DNA from: Euryarchaeota archaeon UBA103
GTDB taxonomy: Archaea > Thermoplasmatota > Poseidoniia > Poseidoniales > Thalassarchaeaceae
DNA length: 64,000 nt
Reading direction: 5' to 3'
NCBI GenBank assembly: GCA_002506825.1
Contig: DAYH01000023.1
Span: forward strand, 5,593 to 69,592
How positions within the stretch are numbered: position 1 is the first letter of the stretch; each line of letters opens with the position of its first letter. Position numbers and translations under genes: made by a program. The notes beneath the pieces were generated by a model. That model did no database searches. It was not told the origin of the DNA and was given only the letters and a program-made list of their open reading frames with translations. Positions 27,521 through 37,159 of the stretch are shown piece after piece.

Positions 27521-28986
27521 GCGTCGAGAATGAGTCTCTTCCTGATTCCGTTCCAGCCAGATACCTCGCATGACACTTCGCCCTCATACCCAGTCTTCAA
27601 GACTGAATCGCCGGCATCTGATGGGACTCTGATCTCTACTGCATGTCCTGATAGCACCCCTTTCTCATAGAGAGAGGCCACTGCTGTATTCCCGCCTCTG
27701 TATCTTTCAGAAATACCGATACCGAATGTCCTTTCTACAGACGTTATCTTGATTGAAATGTCAACCAGTGTGCCAGATAGCTCCTCCTTCAATGCGTTTT
27801 GTTCTGATAACATTCGAGCTTGTGAGAAAGACTCGACCATGGAGAAAATTGTCAGAGCCTCGGGGATTGCTTGTTCGACTGTAGGCTGTTCGACCTTTGT
27901 GACCTCCGACTCAGCTTTGGAATCAGCAGTTGCCTCTTCTGGTTTTTCCCCCGTATTTGTAGTTCCTGAGTAGGTTTCATTCGTGCTTTCCGATGCGACT
28001 TTCTGTATCTGAACTTGTTCGTTTTCCTCGTTTGAGGATATAGTCGACACTCCCAAAGCACCTGCCGACAGGCCTGCGACCGCGGACGCCCCAATTACTA
28101 GATTGGAAAGTGCGATTTCCTGCAATGAGTCTGCCTTGGCCTTCCATAGCTCCCTCGCAGGGGGCTGTAAGAAGCTTGGGAGCTTTGAGATGCTTAATTC
28201 TGCCCTTTCATCCATACTTGATCTTGCTGCCTCTAATCCCGCGGCATCTGAAATATCTGAGCCCTTCATATCCCCTAGTATCTCTGAGAATTCAACGGAA
28301 ACAGAATCCATTAGATTACTCGCATTGGAACTATCGTCACTCTGACTGACAGCTGGTTCCACAAGTTCCGCCGATGGCATATCTCTGGAAGGTTGGCTTT
28401 CTTCTTCATCCCTTGCCATTCGGATTGTTATCCTACCTACTCCGACCCATCTCCTGGTTCCAATAGGTAGGCCGCCCCCAGCAGGAGGCCTTGTCCACCC
28501 GCCCCCGTAGAAATCTTGTGTTCCGTCCAATTCCCTATTGTCGAGACTCCAAGAGGGAGCTCCCCCTGACCCGGCATTATAGTAGAACAATTTGGCCGAA
28601 TTTCTATTCACGAACAATGGTTTTCCGTTCAGCTCCCCCTGTAATTCATATGAGCCATTGTAGAGGTTGTTTGGATGATCAGAAACTGTAAGAGATGACT
28701 CATTGTCGTATGACTCAGAGGGACCAGTCTCAATCAGTACGAGAATTTCCTGTAGATCAATAAATCCATTGCCATCCGAATCCAATACGGAGAAGATTGC
28801 GTTGACAATTGATGCGGGTGCCTTCTGTCCTGTTATTGACGCTAGGGCCGCCCCGAATTCATCATAGCTCAGGCTTCCATTTCCATCTAGATCGTACTTG
28901 GAGAATAATGCCTCGGAGGAAATCCCTCTGGACTTCAAAATTGTTTGTAGATTCTTAATCGCTACAGCCTCGATGCCACCATTCAA
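27514..28986 (-). CDS. EF-hand pair-containing single-TM protein, hypothetical
   Basis: Two canonical 12-residue Ca loops are present (DLDGNGSLSYDE and DSDGNGFIDLQE). A mid-protein hydrophobic helix (LVIGASAVAGLSAGALGV) and a C-terminal beta-rich domain follow. It lies 57 nt downstream of gcvT on the same strand. Confidence 0.65.
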   Translation of the reverse strand: MNGGIEAVAIKNLQTILKSRGISSEALFSKYDLDGNGSLSYDEFGAALASITGQKAPASIVNAIFSVLDSDGNGFIDLQEILVLIETGPSESYDNESSLTVSDHPNNLYNGSYELQGELNGKPLFVNRNSAKLFYYNAGSGGAPSWSLDNRELDGTQDFYGGGWTRPPAGGGLPIGTRRWVGVGRITIRMARDEEESQPSRDMPSAELVEPAVSQSDDSSNASNLMDSVSVEFSEILGDMKGSDISDAAGLEAARSSMDERAELSISKLPSFLQPPARELWKAKADSLQEIALSNLVIGASAVAGLSAGALGVSTISSNEENEQVQIQKVASESTNETYSGTTNTGEKPEEATADSKAESEVTKVEQPTVEQAIPEALTIFSMVESFSQARMLSEQNALKEELSGTLVDISIKITSVERTFGIGISERYRGGNTAVASLYEKGVLSGHAVEIRVPSDAGDSVLKTGYEGEVSCEVSGWNGIRKRLILDAQ

Positions 28987-29043
28987 GATATCGCCTCGGA
29001 TAGTGACAGAGGCTGTTCAGCAATGAGTGTTGTCACTGCGGGG

Positions 29044-30192
29044 CTACAAAAATGGTGCCTGAATGACCTCTGCCTTGATTGCCCTCCTTGGGCTTGGCCT
29101 GATCCAAACGAATTGTCCCAATACGGCCCCGGACAGGTATGCCATTGCAATACCAACTCCTCCAAGACTGGGAGATGGGGCCCCGCTAGTCACGTATCCG
29201 ATTATTTTGGCATCCTCTGAGTCTGAATCCATCACAGGATGGCCGGGCCTTGGAGATGGGCCTCTTGAAACACAACGGATTGCCGACCATTTTTCTGATT
29301 TTTTATGCGATTCGATGGTTCTTTCCCTTCCGATGAACTCATGGTCCATGTTGAGTCCGAATGGCACGGATGTTTCTGCGCTATTTCTAGACAGGAATCC
29401 TTCGGGGAGATTCGAATCAACCGATTCTCCGAGACCTGGCCAATGGAAATCCTGCCCGGACAACAGATACCCCTTCTCAAGTCTGAGAGTGTCTCTGGCG
29501 CCTAATCCAACTGGCATCAATCCCAATCTTGAACCCGCCTCTATAACCTCCCTCCATAGTAGATTTGCTTGATCGTTCGGAATAAAAATCTCTACACCTG
29601 CCTCGCCGGTATATCCCGTTCCTTGAATCCATCCCGATATCGAGAGATTGTTTTGACTAATGTCTTGGCACTTGAACCTCGCAACATTGTTTGAATGGCC
29701 CAAAACCTGTGATACTATTTCCCTAGATTTAGGACCTTGGATGGCAATGATACTTGTTTCTTCTGAGTCGTTGAGTATTTTTATCGAGCCATCACTCGGT
29801 AACAATTCAGTGAACCAGTCCAGCATTACAGATACCATTGATGCATTTGGGACTCCTAGAATCTCTTCTTCAGTTCTGATTGCAAATATCATATCATCGA
29901 TTATATTTCCATCTTCATCAAGAAAATGAGTATATCCGCAAGTACCCCTTTGAAATTTCGTAAAGTCTTGGGTCCCTATGCCAGTTAGCCACTCAGAAAC
30001 CCCTCTGCCGACAAATCTGAAAAGCCCCATATGAGATACATCGAACATCCCTGCTCCTGATCTGGTAGCCAGATGTTCCTCTTTGATGGATGAGTACCAT
30101 ATTGGAAGCTCGAATCCATGGAAATCTACCAACTTCGCCCCTGATTCAACATGTGAATTGTATAATGCCGTTCGCACAGGTGCGTTTCCCAT
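29044..30192 (-). CDS. gcvT: aminomethyltransferase (glycine cleavage T protein)
   Basis: The N-terminus RTALYNSHVESGAKLVDFHGFELPIWY and the motif MFDVSHMG are typical of GcvT. Length is 382 aa. Confidence 0.9.
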   Translation of the reverse strand: MGNAPVRTALYNSHVESGAKLVDFHGFELPIWYSSIKEEHLATRSGAGMFDVSHMGLFRFVGRGVSEWLTGIGTQDFTKFQRGTCGYTHFLDEDGNIIDDMIFAIRTEEEILGVPNASMVSVMLDWFTELLPSDGSIKILNDSEETSIIAIQGPKSREIVSQVLGHSNNVARFKCQDISQNNLSISGWIQGTGYTGEAGVEIFIPNDQANLLWREVIEAGSRLGLMPVGLGARDTLRLEKGYLLSGQDFHWPGLGESVDSNLPEGFLSRNSAETSVPFGLNMDHEFIGRERTIESHKKSEKWSAIRCVSRGPSPRPGHPVMDSDSEDAKIIGYVTSGAPSPSLGGVGIAMAYLSGAVLGQFVWIRPSPRRAIKAEVIQAPFL

Positions 30193-30285
30193 GGCCCGAG
30201 GGAAGGGAACAGGGAGAATAAGTTTAGGGAGATGCCAAAATACATTATTTGGATATGGGCATAATCTAATCTTTTAATCCGTGGG

Positions 30286-30293
30286 TTTAAATA
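30286..30293 (+). promoter_or_regulatory. candidate archaeal TATA box for tfb
   Basis: TTTAAATA lies 36 nt upstream of the ATG at 30329. This spacing is compatible with a short leader. Confidence 0.35.
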
Positions 30294-30328
30294 GTTCGAC
30301 TATGACTATACAACTACAGGTTGATAAG

Positions 30329-31354
30329 ATGAAAGAGATCGCTGAGAGTCGGGATGAATCCAAACCCTCTAGTTCATCAAGAACTAGTGGGAGAAGGGCT
30401 ATCGTGCCGTCGATGCGGCCCTCTACTAGCAGAAAGACCGAGGGCGTATCTAGGCCCTGTACGGTTTGTGGATCGAATTCATGGGATACCGATGAAGTTC
30501 GGGGAGAGACGTCTTGCTCCGAGTGTGGTTATGTTGCAGAGGAGAATATGATGGATCTCGGAGCAGAGTGGACCAATCATTCTGGAGGGGATGACAGGAG
30601 CAGGGTAGGGGCACCCAGTACGCTGACACTCTCTGACAAGGGACTCTCTACTGAGATAAGAAGATCGGATTTGACATCTGGAGCGGCTAAGAGACATGGG
30701 ATGTCCGGGAAGGCCCTCAGGGACTGGCGAAGAAGGCAACGAGTCGATCAACGAAGTAAGACCAGGGACAGTAGGAGCAGGAATTTGGCCAAGGCGATGC
30801 AGTTCATTAGGGACAGAGGTGACCTTCCCCCCCAGATTGAGCAAGAGGCCGCCGGACTATACAGGCACTCTGTAGACAGGGGGCTAGTCACCGGAAGAAG
30901 TATCAGAGGAGTTTCGGCTGCGTGTGTTTATGTAGCCGCTCGTGAGGCCAGAATTCCAAGAAGGATAGAAGATGTAGCAGAATCTTTCGACATGACAAAG
31001 GATGTGGATCTAAAAGAGTTAAAACGCACAATAAGGCTAGTTTCTAGGTTCCTTGGTGCGCACCACATTACCGGTCCCGAAGAGTATTTTGAGAAATTTC
31101 ATTCCGATTTAGGAATGAGGCCCGAGGTCTTAGGCAGAGTCAGGAAGATGTGGGATTCGGTGAAAGGCGATCTTTCCTGGCAGGGCAAGAAACCATCTGG
31201 CATCGCCGGTGTTATAATTTACAGGGCATCTCAAGAAAGCGACTCTCCAAGAACTCAGAGTGAGGTGTGTAAGGTCTCGGGAATCAGTGAAGTAACCCTC
31301 AGGGGTCTTCTAAAAATACTGAATCAAAAACTTATAGAAAAATCATTTGAGTAA
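30329..31354 (+). CDS. tfb: transcription initiation factor IIB (TFB)
   Basis: It has an N-terminal Zn ribbon (CTVCGSNSWDTDEVRGETSCSECG), a B-finger/linker and two cyclin-fold repeats. The track start (GTG at 30281) would contain the TATA box, so I chose the ATG at 30329. An unusually long Ser/Arg-rich segment precedes the ribbon. Confidence 0.85.
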   Translation: MKEIAESRDESKPSSSSRTSGRRAIVPSMRPSTSRKTEGVSRPCTVCGSNSWDTDEVRGETSCSECGYVAEENMMDLGAEWTNHSGGDDRSRVGAPSTLTLSDKGLSTEIRRSDLTSGAAKRHGMSGKALRDWRRRQRVDQRSKTRDSRSRNLAKAMQFIRDRGDLPPQIEQEAAGLYRHSVDRGLVTGRSIRGVSAACVYVAAREARIPRRIEDVAESFDMTKDVDLKELKRTIRLVSRFLGAHHITGPEEYFEKFHSDLGMRPEVLGRVRKMWDSVKGDLSWQGKKPSGIAGVIIYRASQESDSPRTQSEVCKVSGISEVTLRGLLKILNQKLIEKSFE

Positions 31355-31504
31355 AAAAACGACTCTATATATGCTCATCCTAAGATGTATAGTCATGAGT
31401 GTGTCAGTGAGTGCAGATAGCCTTTGGAATCGACTAGAGAGTCAACTTGAGTCGTGGGATTTCCCGATTATCCCCGCAGAAGCGTGATTTTAGGAGCTGA
31501 TTTA

Positions 31505-32233
31505 ATGGGTTCTTATCTTGTTGTTGGTGGCAGTAGCGATATTGGCCGTATCCTCTGCAGGAGGCTATTAGATGAAGGAAACACAGTGACGGCGATTGGG
31601 AGAGATTTCTCCCGGATGGACGATTTAGAAAATCTGGGTGCCAGAGTATACGTCGGAGATGCCTCTGACGAGCTCTTTGTTTCGGAAGTTGTGAGCAGTT
31701 TTTCCGAAGTAGGAGATGGTAAAATTGACGGTGTTGCACATTTAGTAGGTTCGCTACTAATCAGACCCCCTCATGCACTGACTTCGGAAGCATTCAATGA
31801 GGTCATCAATACCAATCTCACATCTGCATTCGTGATACTCTCCAAGGCGTGCAAGTACATGTTACGCAACGGGGGCGGAAGAATAGTGTTCACCTCAAGC
31901 GTAGCGGCAAGTGTTGGCCTGGTCAATCACGAGGCTGTCTCAGCCGCGAAAGGAGGTATTGAGTCGATGGCGAGATCTGCTGCGGCCACATATAGTAAAA
32001 GAGGGATAAGGGTGAATGTAGTAGCTCCGGGGCTTACTGACACCAGAATGGCACTTCCAATAACAAAATCCGAATCTTCTAAGGAAGCCGCGGTGAGTAA
32101 GATACCACTAAACAGAATTAATCTCCCTGAGGAGGTGTCTGATTCTATTTTTTGGTTATTGACGAATGCCCCTGACAACATCACAGGGCAGGTATTACAC
32201 CTAGATGGCGGGATGTCTCAAGTCAGGGGATAG
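31505..32233 (+). CDS. short-chain dehydrogenase/reductase family protein (catalytic Tyr position reads Val)
   Basis: The cofactor-binding motif is VVGGSSDIGRIL, with an NNAG-like region. The expected YxxxK reads AVSAAKGG. I chose the ATG at 31505; the track ORF begins at 31454. Confidence 0.7.
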   Translation: MGSYLVVGGSSDIGRILCRRLLDEGNTVTAIGRDFSRMDDLENLGARVYVGDASDELFVSEVVSSFSEVGDGKIDGVAHLVGSLLIRPPHALTSEAFNEVINTNLTSAFVILSKACKYMLRNGGGRIVFTSSVAASVGLVNHEAVSAAKGGIESMARSAAATYSKRGIRVNVVAPGLTDTRMALPITKSESSKEAAVSKIPLNRINLPEEVSDSIFWLLTNAPDNITGQVLHLDGGMSQVRG

Positions 32234-32234
32234 T

Positions 32235-32591
32235 ATGGACTGGCAGAACGCGATAAGAGCCGGAAAGCTCAGAGAAGGAAAGAGTAAGATGGTCACTGTA
32301 GGTTCAAAAATACTTATGATAGTGAATCTAGAGGGAGTCTTCCATGCCACTGAGGGACTTTGTAAACACATGAAATGGCCCTTGTCATGGGGCGGTAAGA
32401 TTGAGAATGGATGCGTAAGATGCCCCCTTCATCAGACCACCCATTGTATCTCAGACGGGAGCTTGGTCGAATGGGCGCCATTTCCCCTCTTTCCACCATA
32501 CGGGAGGCTTGTTGGTTCTATGGTCTCTAAGAAGGATCTAGGAATTTTTGAGACTCGAGTTGAGAGTGGTTATGTTCAGGTACTAATCTAA
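32235..32591 (+). CDS. small Rieske [2Fe-2S] domain protein
   Basis: The motifs CKH...(17)...CPLH match the Rieske CxH/CxxH ligand pattern. The ATG at 32235 lies directly after the SDR stop at 32233. Confidence 0.7.
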   Translation: MDWQNAIRAGKLREGKSKMVTVGSKILMIVNLEGVFHATEGLCKHMKWPLSWGGKIENGCVRCPLHQTTHCISDGSLVEWAPFPLFPPYGRLVGSMVSKKDLGIFETRVESGYVQVLI

Positions 32592-32655
32592 TCCCTCAAA
32601 CCTGTCCGGAACTAGTAATCCTGAATAGTGTCAACAAATCGGGAAGCATGTTGGT

Positions 32656-34575
32656 ATGATAGAGGGGGTCATGATTGATGATGAGGGAAATACCCTCTAC
32701 ACACCTGTAGATGACTCTCTGATTAACTCACCCGCCCCTACAAGATGGAAAATATGGCTATCAGCGACTGGACTGGTTTCGCTAATGATCCTGGTCTCCC
32801 TACAGGGATGGATAATTGATGATGTTGTTGACGATATCAAAAAGGAGTTGGGCATATATGATAGAGTTCCTGTTTGGGAAAGATCAGAGTGGCCTTACTT
32901 GACCAGCTACTCCAATGGTTATGTTATGGAATACGGCCAATACGATGTATTGGAGACTGAAAATGAGTGGAACTCTACACATCATTTTGTGGAGTTCGTA
33001 TTGCCCTTGAGTGAGGGGGGATCTGCTCCCAACGGCTTGGTGAGTCTCGCTATCTGGCTGCCTGATGTTCCAGAAGGGACAGAAGTCCCTGTGATTGCTG
33101 AATTCGGACCTTATTTCGACGAAGTGAGTGTTGAGACCCCGTCTATTGAAGTTCCTGGAACATGGCTTGGACAGATGATAATTGATCAGCTACTCCCGCA
33201 TGGATATGCTTTCGCGCAGGTATCCGTGATGGGAACAGGGCGGTCAAACCACTGCATGGACCTGATGGGCAATGCCGAACAATTGGGCGTGGATGCGGCT
33301 GTTACGTGGTTAGGGACTCAGGACTGGAGTAATGGCAGGGTAGCTATGATTGGGAAGTCCTATGATGGCTCTACGCCTTGGCAGGCGGCCACCTTTGGAA
33401 ATCCACATTTAGCTACTATCGTACCAATTTCAGGTTTGATAGGCGTAATGGAACTAATGTGGAAAAACGGTAGTAGCGAAGCTCGAGCGGCGATAATGCA
33501 CAATGGCGTCTACGGCTCGTACGGAATTGATGGGGATCAGGAGGATGTAGGAAATATGTGCCCAGATTATATTATTGGGCCGGGCACTGGAGTCTCAGCC
33601 TATATGTGGGGGAGTGAATTTGCAGGAACTTATTGGGAGGAGAGGTACTTCCTCGACAGAGTGCTTCAGAACTATCAGGGCTCTGTATATTTGATCCAAG
33701 GTATGCATGACTGGAACGTGGATCCACATATGGCAATCCCAGTAATCAATCAACTGAAGGATTCTGGAATTGAATCTAAAGGCCTATTTGGACAGTGGGA
33801 TCATGACTACCCGGATAGGCCAGATTATCACTTTGATCGCTCCGGAGATGGACGAGGGAGAGAGGCATATCCAGAAATGGTCCGCTTTGACTGGATGCAA
33901 GACCTATTGGAGTGGTTCGACTGGTATCTGAAGGATTTGGGAGACCAACCCGGTTTATTCGTTGAGATTCAATCGAATCAAGGACAGTGGAGGATAGAGG
34001 ATAGGTACCCTCCTGAAGGAATGGAGTCAATATCCCTAGATCTGGGAGGCGCACTTTCCAATGTTGCTGGAGGGGTGACGAATATCCTCCCCAATGGAAA
34101 TTTTGGACCTATTTATGAGAGCTCTCCCCTGACTGAAGATATTTGGATTTCTGGCCTTCCGAGACTACATATAGACGTTACAACGACGACTTTGGGAGGA
34201 CAGGTTTACGCCCTCCTAGAAGATTGCTCAGATCAAGGAGAGTGCATCCATATCGGTCACGCCATCATGGATCTGAGATATCACGAGGGAGGTTCGGAAG
34301 AGCAGGCTTGGATTCCCATTCTGGAAACAATAAATGCAAAAATGGAGTTCTTCGCAATGGATGTGCAAATCGAGACCGGTCATACCATCAGACTCTCCTT
34401 AGCGAGTACAGGCGAGGACTACCTTCCAGCGTCCACGAGCTCAATAGTGAGTGTCCAGGAAGGAGTTGGTTCTAATCTTATAATCGATATCATAGATCCG
34501 GATTCTAAGCTCCTTTTTGACCCTCCTGAATGCACCCATAGCTCGTGTTTAGAATGGTTAAACCAGACTGCGTGA
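32656..34575 (+). CDS. membrane-anchored X-Pro dipeptidyl-peptidase / CocE-NonD family (S15) serine hydrolase
   Basis: It has an N-terminal TM helix (WKIWLSATGLVSLMILVSL). The nucleophile motif is IGKSYDGSTPW (GxSYxG). Length and C-terminal beta-sandwich are typical of S15. Confidence 0.75.
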   Translation: MIEGVMIDDEGNTLYTPVDDSLINSPAPTRWKIWLSATGLVSLMILVSLQGWIIDDVVDDIKKELGIYDRVPVWERSEWPYLTSYSNGYVMEYGQYDVLETENEWNSTHHFVEFVLPLSEGGSAPNGLVSLAIWLPDVPEGTEVPVIAEFGPYFDEVSVETPSIEVPGTWLGQMIIDQLLPHGYAFAQVSVMGTGRSNHCMDLMGNAEQLGVDAAVTWLGTQDWSNGRVAMIGKSYDGSTPWQAATFGNPHLATIVPISGLIGVMELMWKNGSSEARAAIMHNGVYGSYGIDGDQEDVGNMCPDYIIGPGTGVSAYMWGSEFAGTYWEERYFLDRVLQNYQGSVYLIQGMHDWNVDPHMAIPVINQLKDSGIESKGLFGQWDHDYPDRPDYHFDRSGDGRGREAYPEMVRFDWMQDLLEWFDWYLKDLGDQPGLFVEIQSNQGQWRIEDRYPPEGMESISLDLGGALSNVAGGVTNILPNGNFGPIYESSPLTEDIWISGLPRLHIDVTTTTLGGQVYALLEDCSDQGECIHIGHAIMDLRYHEGGSEEQAWIPILETINAKMEFFAMDVQIETGHTIRLSLASTGEDYLPASTSSIVSVQEGVGSNLIIDIIDPDSKLLFDPPECTHSSCLEWLNQTA

Positions 34576-34578
34576 AGA

Positions 34579-34656
34579 TGGTGGACGCTGGGGGATTTGA
34601 ACCCCCGGCCGCTTGGTTGCAAACCAAGCGCTCTTCCAAGCTGAGCTAAGCGCCCC
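34579..34656 (-). tRNA. tRNA-Ala (TGC), CCA encoded
   Basis: The reverse strand reads GGGGCGCTTAGCTCAGCTTGGAAGAGCGCTTGGTTTGCAACCAAGCGGCCGGGGGTTCAAATCCCCCAGCGTCCACCA. The G3:U70 identity pair is present, and the anticodon loop is TT-TGC-AA. Confidence 0.9.
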
Positions 34657-34708
34657 TGAGCTTCCGGATGGGTTTGGGGTTATTGAGGGCGACCGTTGTA
34701 ATCTGTAA

Positions 34709-35305
34709 TCAGACCTGACTTGAGAGAAGCTTGGGTAACAACAAAACTATTCCCACGAGCGACATTAGAAGTACAAATCTCAACAGTGACTCATTATTTG
34801 TTTCACCCAGAACTTCTTCATCTCCTCCCACTGGTAGTTCTTGACCTGAAATATGATTATCCTCTGAGAAAGAAACAAAGAAATAACTCTCCTGCATTGA
34901 TCCGTTTACGTCGATTTGATGCTTCATTGAGACATTAGAGGGCAACAATCCGTTAGAGGGGTCTAACAGAATCAGTGATGTAACTTCACAAGATGGGTCG
35001 ATCTTCTCACCGGACTCATCGAGATCGCAGTTACTACTCAACCATGGCGTGACGATATCGTCAACCCCATCGAAAATATCATCGCCTTCAACATCCACTA
35101 AAATCCTGTGAGTGACATTTTCCCTTCCATCTACATTGTAGAAGAACAAAGAGTCGGAAGACACAAGAATTCCGGGGGAAACCCCATTGGGGGTAATGCG
35201 GTCCTCCTTCAGTAGAATTGTGTATTCTTTGGGCTCATGAGCCGATACTGGAGCTATGAGCATTAGAGAAACTAATGCCATAGCCAACCCCACCTTTGTG
35301 TTCAT
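34709..35305 (-). CDS. small secreted beta-sandwich (cupredoxin-like pattern) protein with C-terminal TM anchor; paralog of 39112..39660
   Basis: I prefer the ATG at 35305 (MNTKVGLAMALVSLMLIAPVSA/HEP). The pattern ITPNGVSPGILVSSDSLFFYNVDGRENVTH resembles the cupredoxin form F.P..i.v..Gd.v.f.N.d...H. It has a conserved Cys pair and a C-terminal helix (LLRFVLLMSLVGIVLLL). Confidence 0.6.
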   Translation of the reverse strand: MNTKVGLAMALVSLMLIAPVSAHEPKEYTILLKEDRITPNGVSPGILVSSDSLFFYNVDGRENVTHRILVDVEGDDIFDGVDDIVTPWLSSNCDLDESGEKIDPSCEVTSLILLDPSNGLLPSNVSMKHQIDVNGSMQESYFFVSFSEDNHISGQELPVGGDEEVLGETNNESLLRFVLLMSLVGIVLLLPKLLSSQV

Positions 35306-35358
35306 GTCCCTGCGTGAGGGGGCGATGGCTTCAACATGACCTACACCCTCCGGATAAT

Positions 35359-37092
35359 ATGAGCTCAGAAAGGGCGGTTGCCGCAATCGGTTTGGCGGTT
35401 TGTATCATAGCCGCAATTTTAGCTACGGCAATGCTCTCAGATAATGAGTCAACAGATTCCAGTGGAGGTGAGGAGTTGATCGATCCCTTGATCCAAACCG
35501 AGGGGCACGATCATAGGAACGCTAGCCAGCATGTGATGTTCACAGAAAACATTAGGCCAGTTAGCTACAATCCCCTAACTGCCCCTGGAAATGCGGAGAT
35601 TCAAGTCGCGGACTCTCCCGATGGCAAGAGGTATGCCTACATTGCGGGATGGTCTGAGTTGCACATCGTGGATGTCACTAACCCTGAGAATACTACGGTA
35701 ACAGGAGTGTACTACGACCCCAATACCCAAGTCCTAGATGTAAAGTACTTGCAATACAATGCTAGGGAGTACGTTATAGTTCAGAATCAATTAGTAGACC
35801 CCGGGGCCGCAGATCCAAATGTTGGTTCATGGGAAGATCCTGCTCAAGTTACAGTTACATTGGTTGATGTGACGGACAAAAGCGATCCTAGTTGGGTCGA
35901 TTCGTGGTATGATGCTGATCACCCTAGCGGACCTCATAACCTCTACACCCACATGATTGACAATGAATGGTATATATTCGTAGCCAATCCAGATTACGAG
36001 CAATGTGATGTTGGACAGGGTGACGCTTGCGGCGGAATCACAATCGCTCACCTAAACTTCGCAGGGTATGGAGACCTTCCCAGAATTGTGAAGGTAGGGG
36101 AAGCCGAAGTGAGCTGGGAGTCTACCCTAGGGGGCTGGATATACATCCATGACATGACTGTTCAGACATGGCCGGGCGAGGACCCAAATGATCCTCGTTT
36201 CGATAGAACTTTCGTGTATGGTGCATATTGGGAAGCAGGACTGAGGATTTTCGACGTTTCTGATGTTCCACACCCTGGAAATGACCTTGCTGAGTATCTG
36301 GCGATAGCGGCCGCCTGCAGGGGGTCTTTCGGCACTCAACTGGGTTGCAACTGGAGAGCTCCTGAAGTTGGCCAGTGGATGGAGTTCGAAGACTTTGATG
36401 GTGATGGGGAGATTGACTGTGGCTGTACAGGAAATGAAAATGGTGGCAGAGCCTCATATATTCACTATGCTGAGCCCATAGACGATATGGTCGATGCTAG
36501 TCATTTGGGTTACCCTGCCGGTAAGCGCCACCTCACAATAGTCGCAACCGAGGTACTCAGCACCACAGTGGGAACAGGTATGAGCTACCTACTGGACACC
36601 ACTGGCTATGAAATGAATAACGGAAATTTCAGATTCCTCCCCGAGCTTATCCACGGGTGGGAAATACCATTTGCTATGGATCACCATATTCCCGAGGGAG
36701 AAGAATGGCTCCTATTTAGCCCCCATAATGCAGATACTCAGATTTTCCAAACTGGACTACCAGGGCTTCCTGACAATAGTTTCGGTGGTGCTTGGGATGG
36801 CAGAATTTACCTGAGTAGCTATCACGCAGGACTGTGGGTCATAGATATTGAAACTCTGATGTTTGAAGGATTACAAAGCAGTAACAAGACGGAGGCTCAT
36901 ACGTCTTCGACTATCGGTTATCACCTTCCCCATGGGGCTGACGGGACTCCTCTGGATAGCTCATTCTACGACTTCGGATGGACTCCTTTCCTATGGGCGG
37001 CAGAATACCATGATGGTTACACATACCTCTCGTGCATCACAAGTGGATTGTACATTGTCCAATTGGACATTGACGCGCCCTATGGAACCTAG
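35359..37092 (+). CDS. LVIVD-repeat beta-propeller protein, N-terminal TM anchor (paralog 1)
   Basis: The ATG at 35359 gives MSSERAVAAIGLAVCIIAAILATAML. LVIVD-type repeats are present (KRYAYIAGWSELHIVDVTNPENTTVTGVYY, AYWEAGLRIFDVSD, SYHAGLWVIDIE, SGLYIVQLD). It is His-rich. Confidence 0.75.
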   Translation: MSSERAVAAIGLAVCIIAAILATAMLSDNESTDSSGGEELIDPLIQTEGHDHRNASQHVMFTENIRPVSYNPLTAPGNAEIQVADSPDGKRYAYIAGWSELHIVDVTNPENTTVTGVYYDPNTQVLDVKYLQYNAREYVIVQNQLVDPGAADPNVGSWEDPAQVTVTLVDVTDKSDPSWVDSWYDADHPSGPHNLYTHMIDNEWYIFVANPDYEQCDVGQGDACGGITIAHLNFAGYGDLPRIVKVGEAEVSWESTLGGWIYIHDMTVQTWPGEDPNDPRFDRTFVYGAYWEAGLRIFDVSDVPHPGNDLAEYLAIAAACRGSFGTQLGCNWRAPEVGQWMEFEDFDGDGEIDCGCTGNENGGRASYIHYAEPIDDMVDASHLGYPAGKRHLTIVATEVLSTTVGTGMSYLLDTTGYEMNNGNFRFLPELIHGWEIPFAMDHHIPEGEEWLLFSPHNADTQIFQTGLPGLPDNSFGGAWDGRIYLSSYHAGLWVIDIETLMFEGLQSSNKTEAHTSSTIGYHLPHGADGTPLDSSFYDFGWTPFLWAAEYHDGYTYLSCITSGLYIVQLDIDAPYGT

Positions 37093-37159
37093 ACTTCGGC
37101 CCCTATGGGGCCGGGCGTAAAGGGGGGAATTTGATAGGGTAGGTTTGTCCCGGCGTGGC

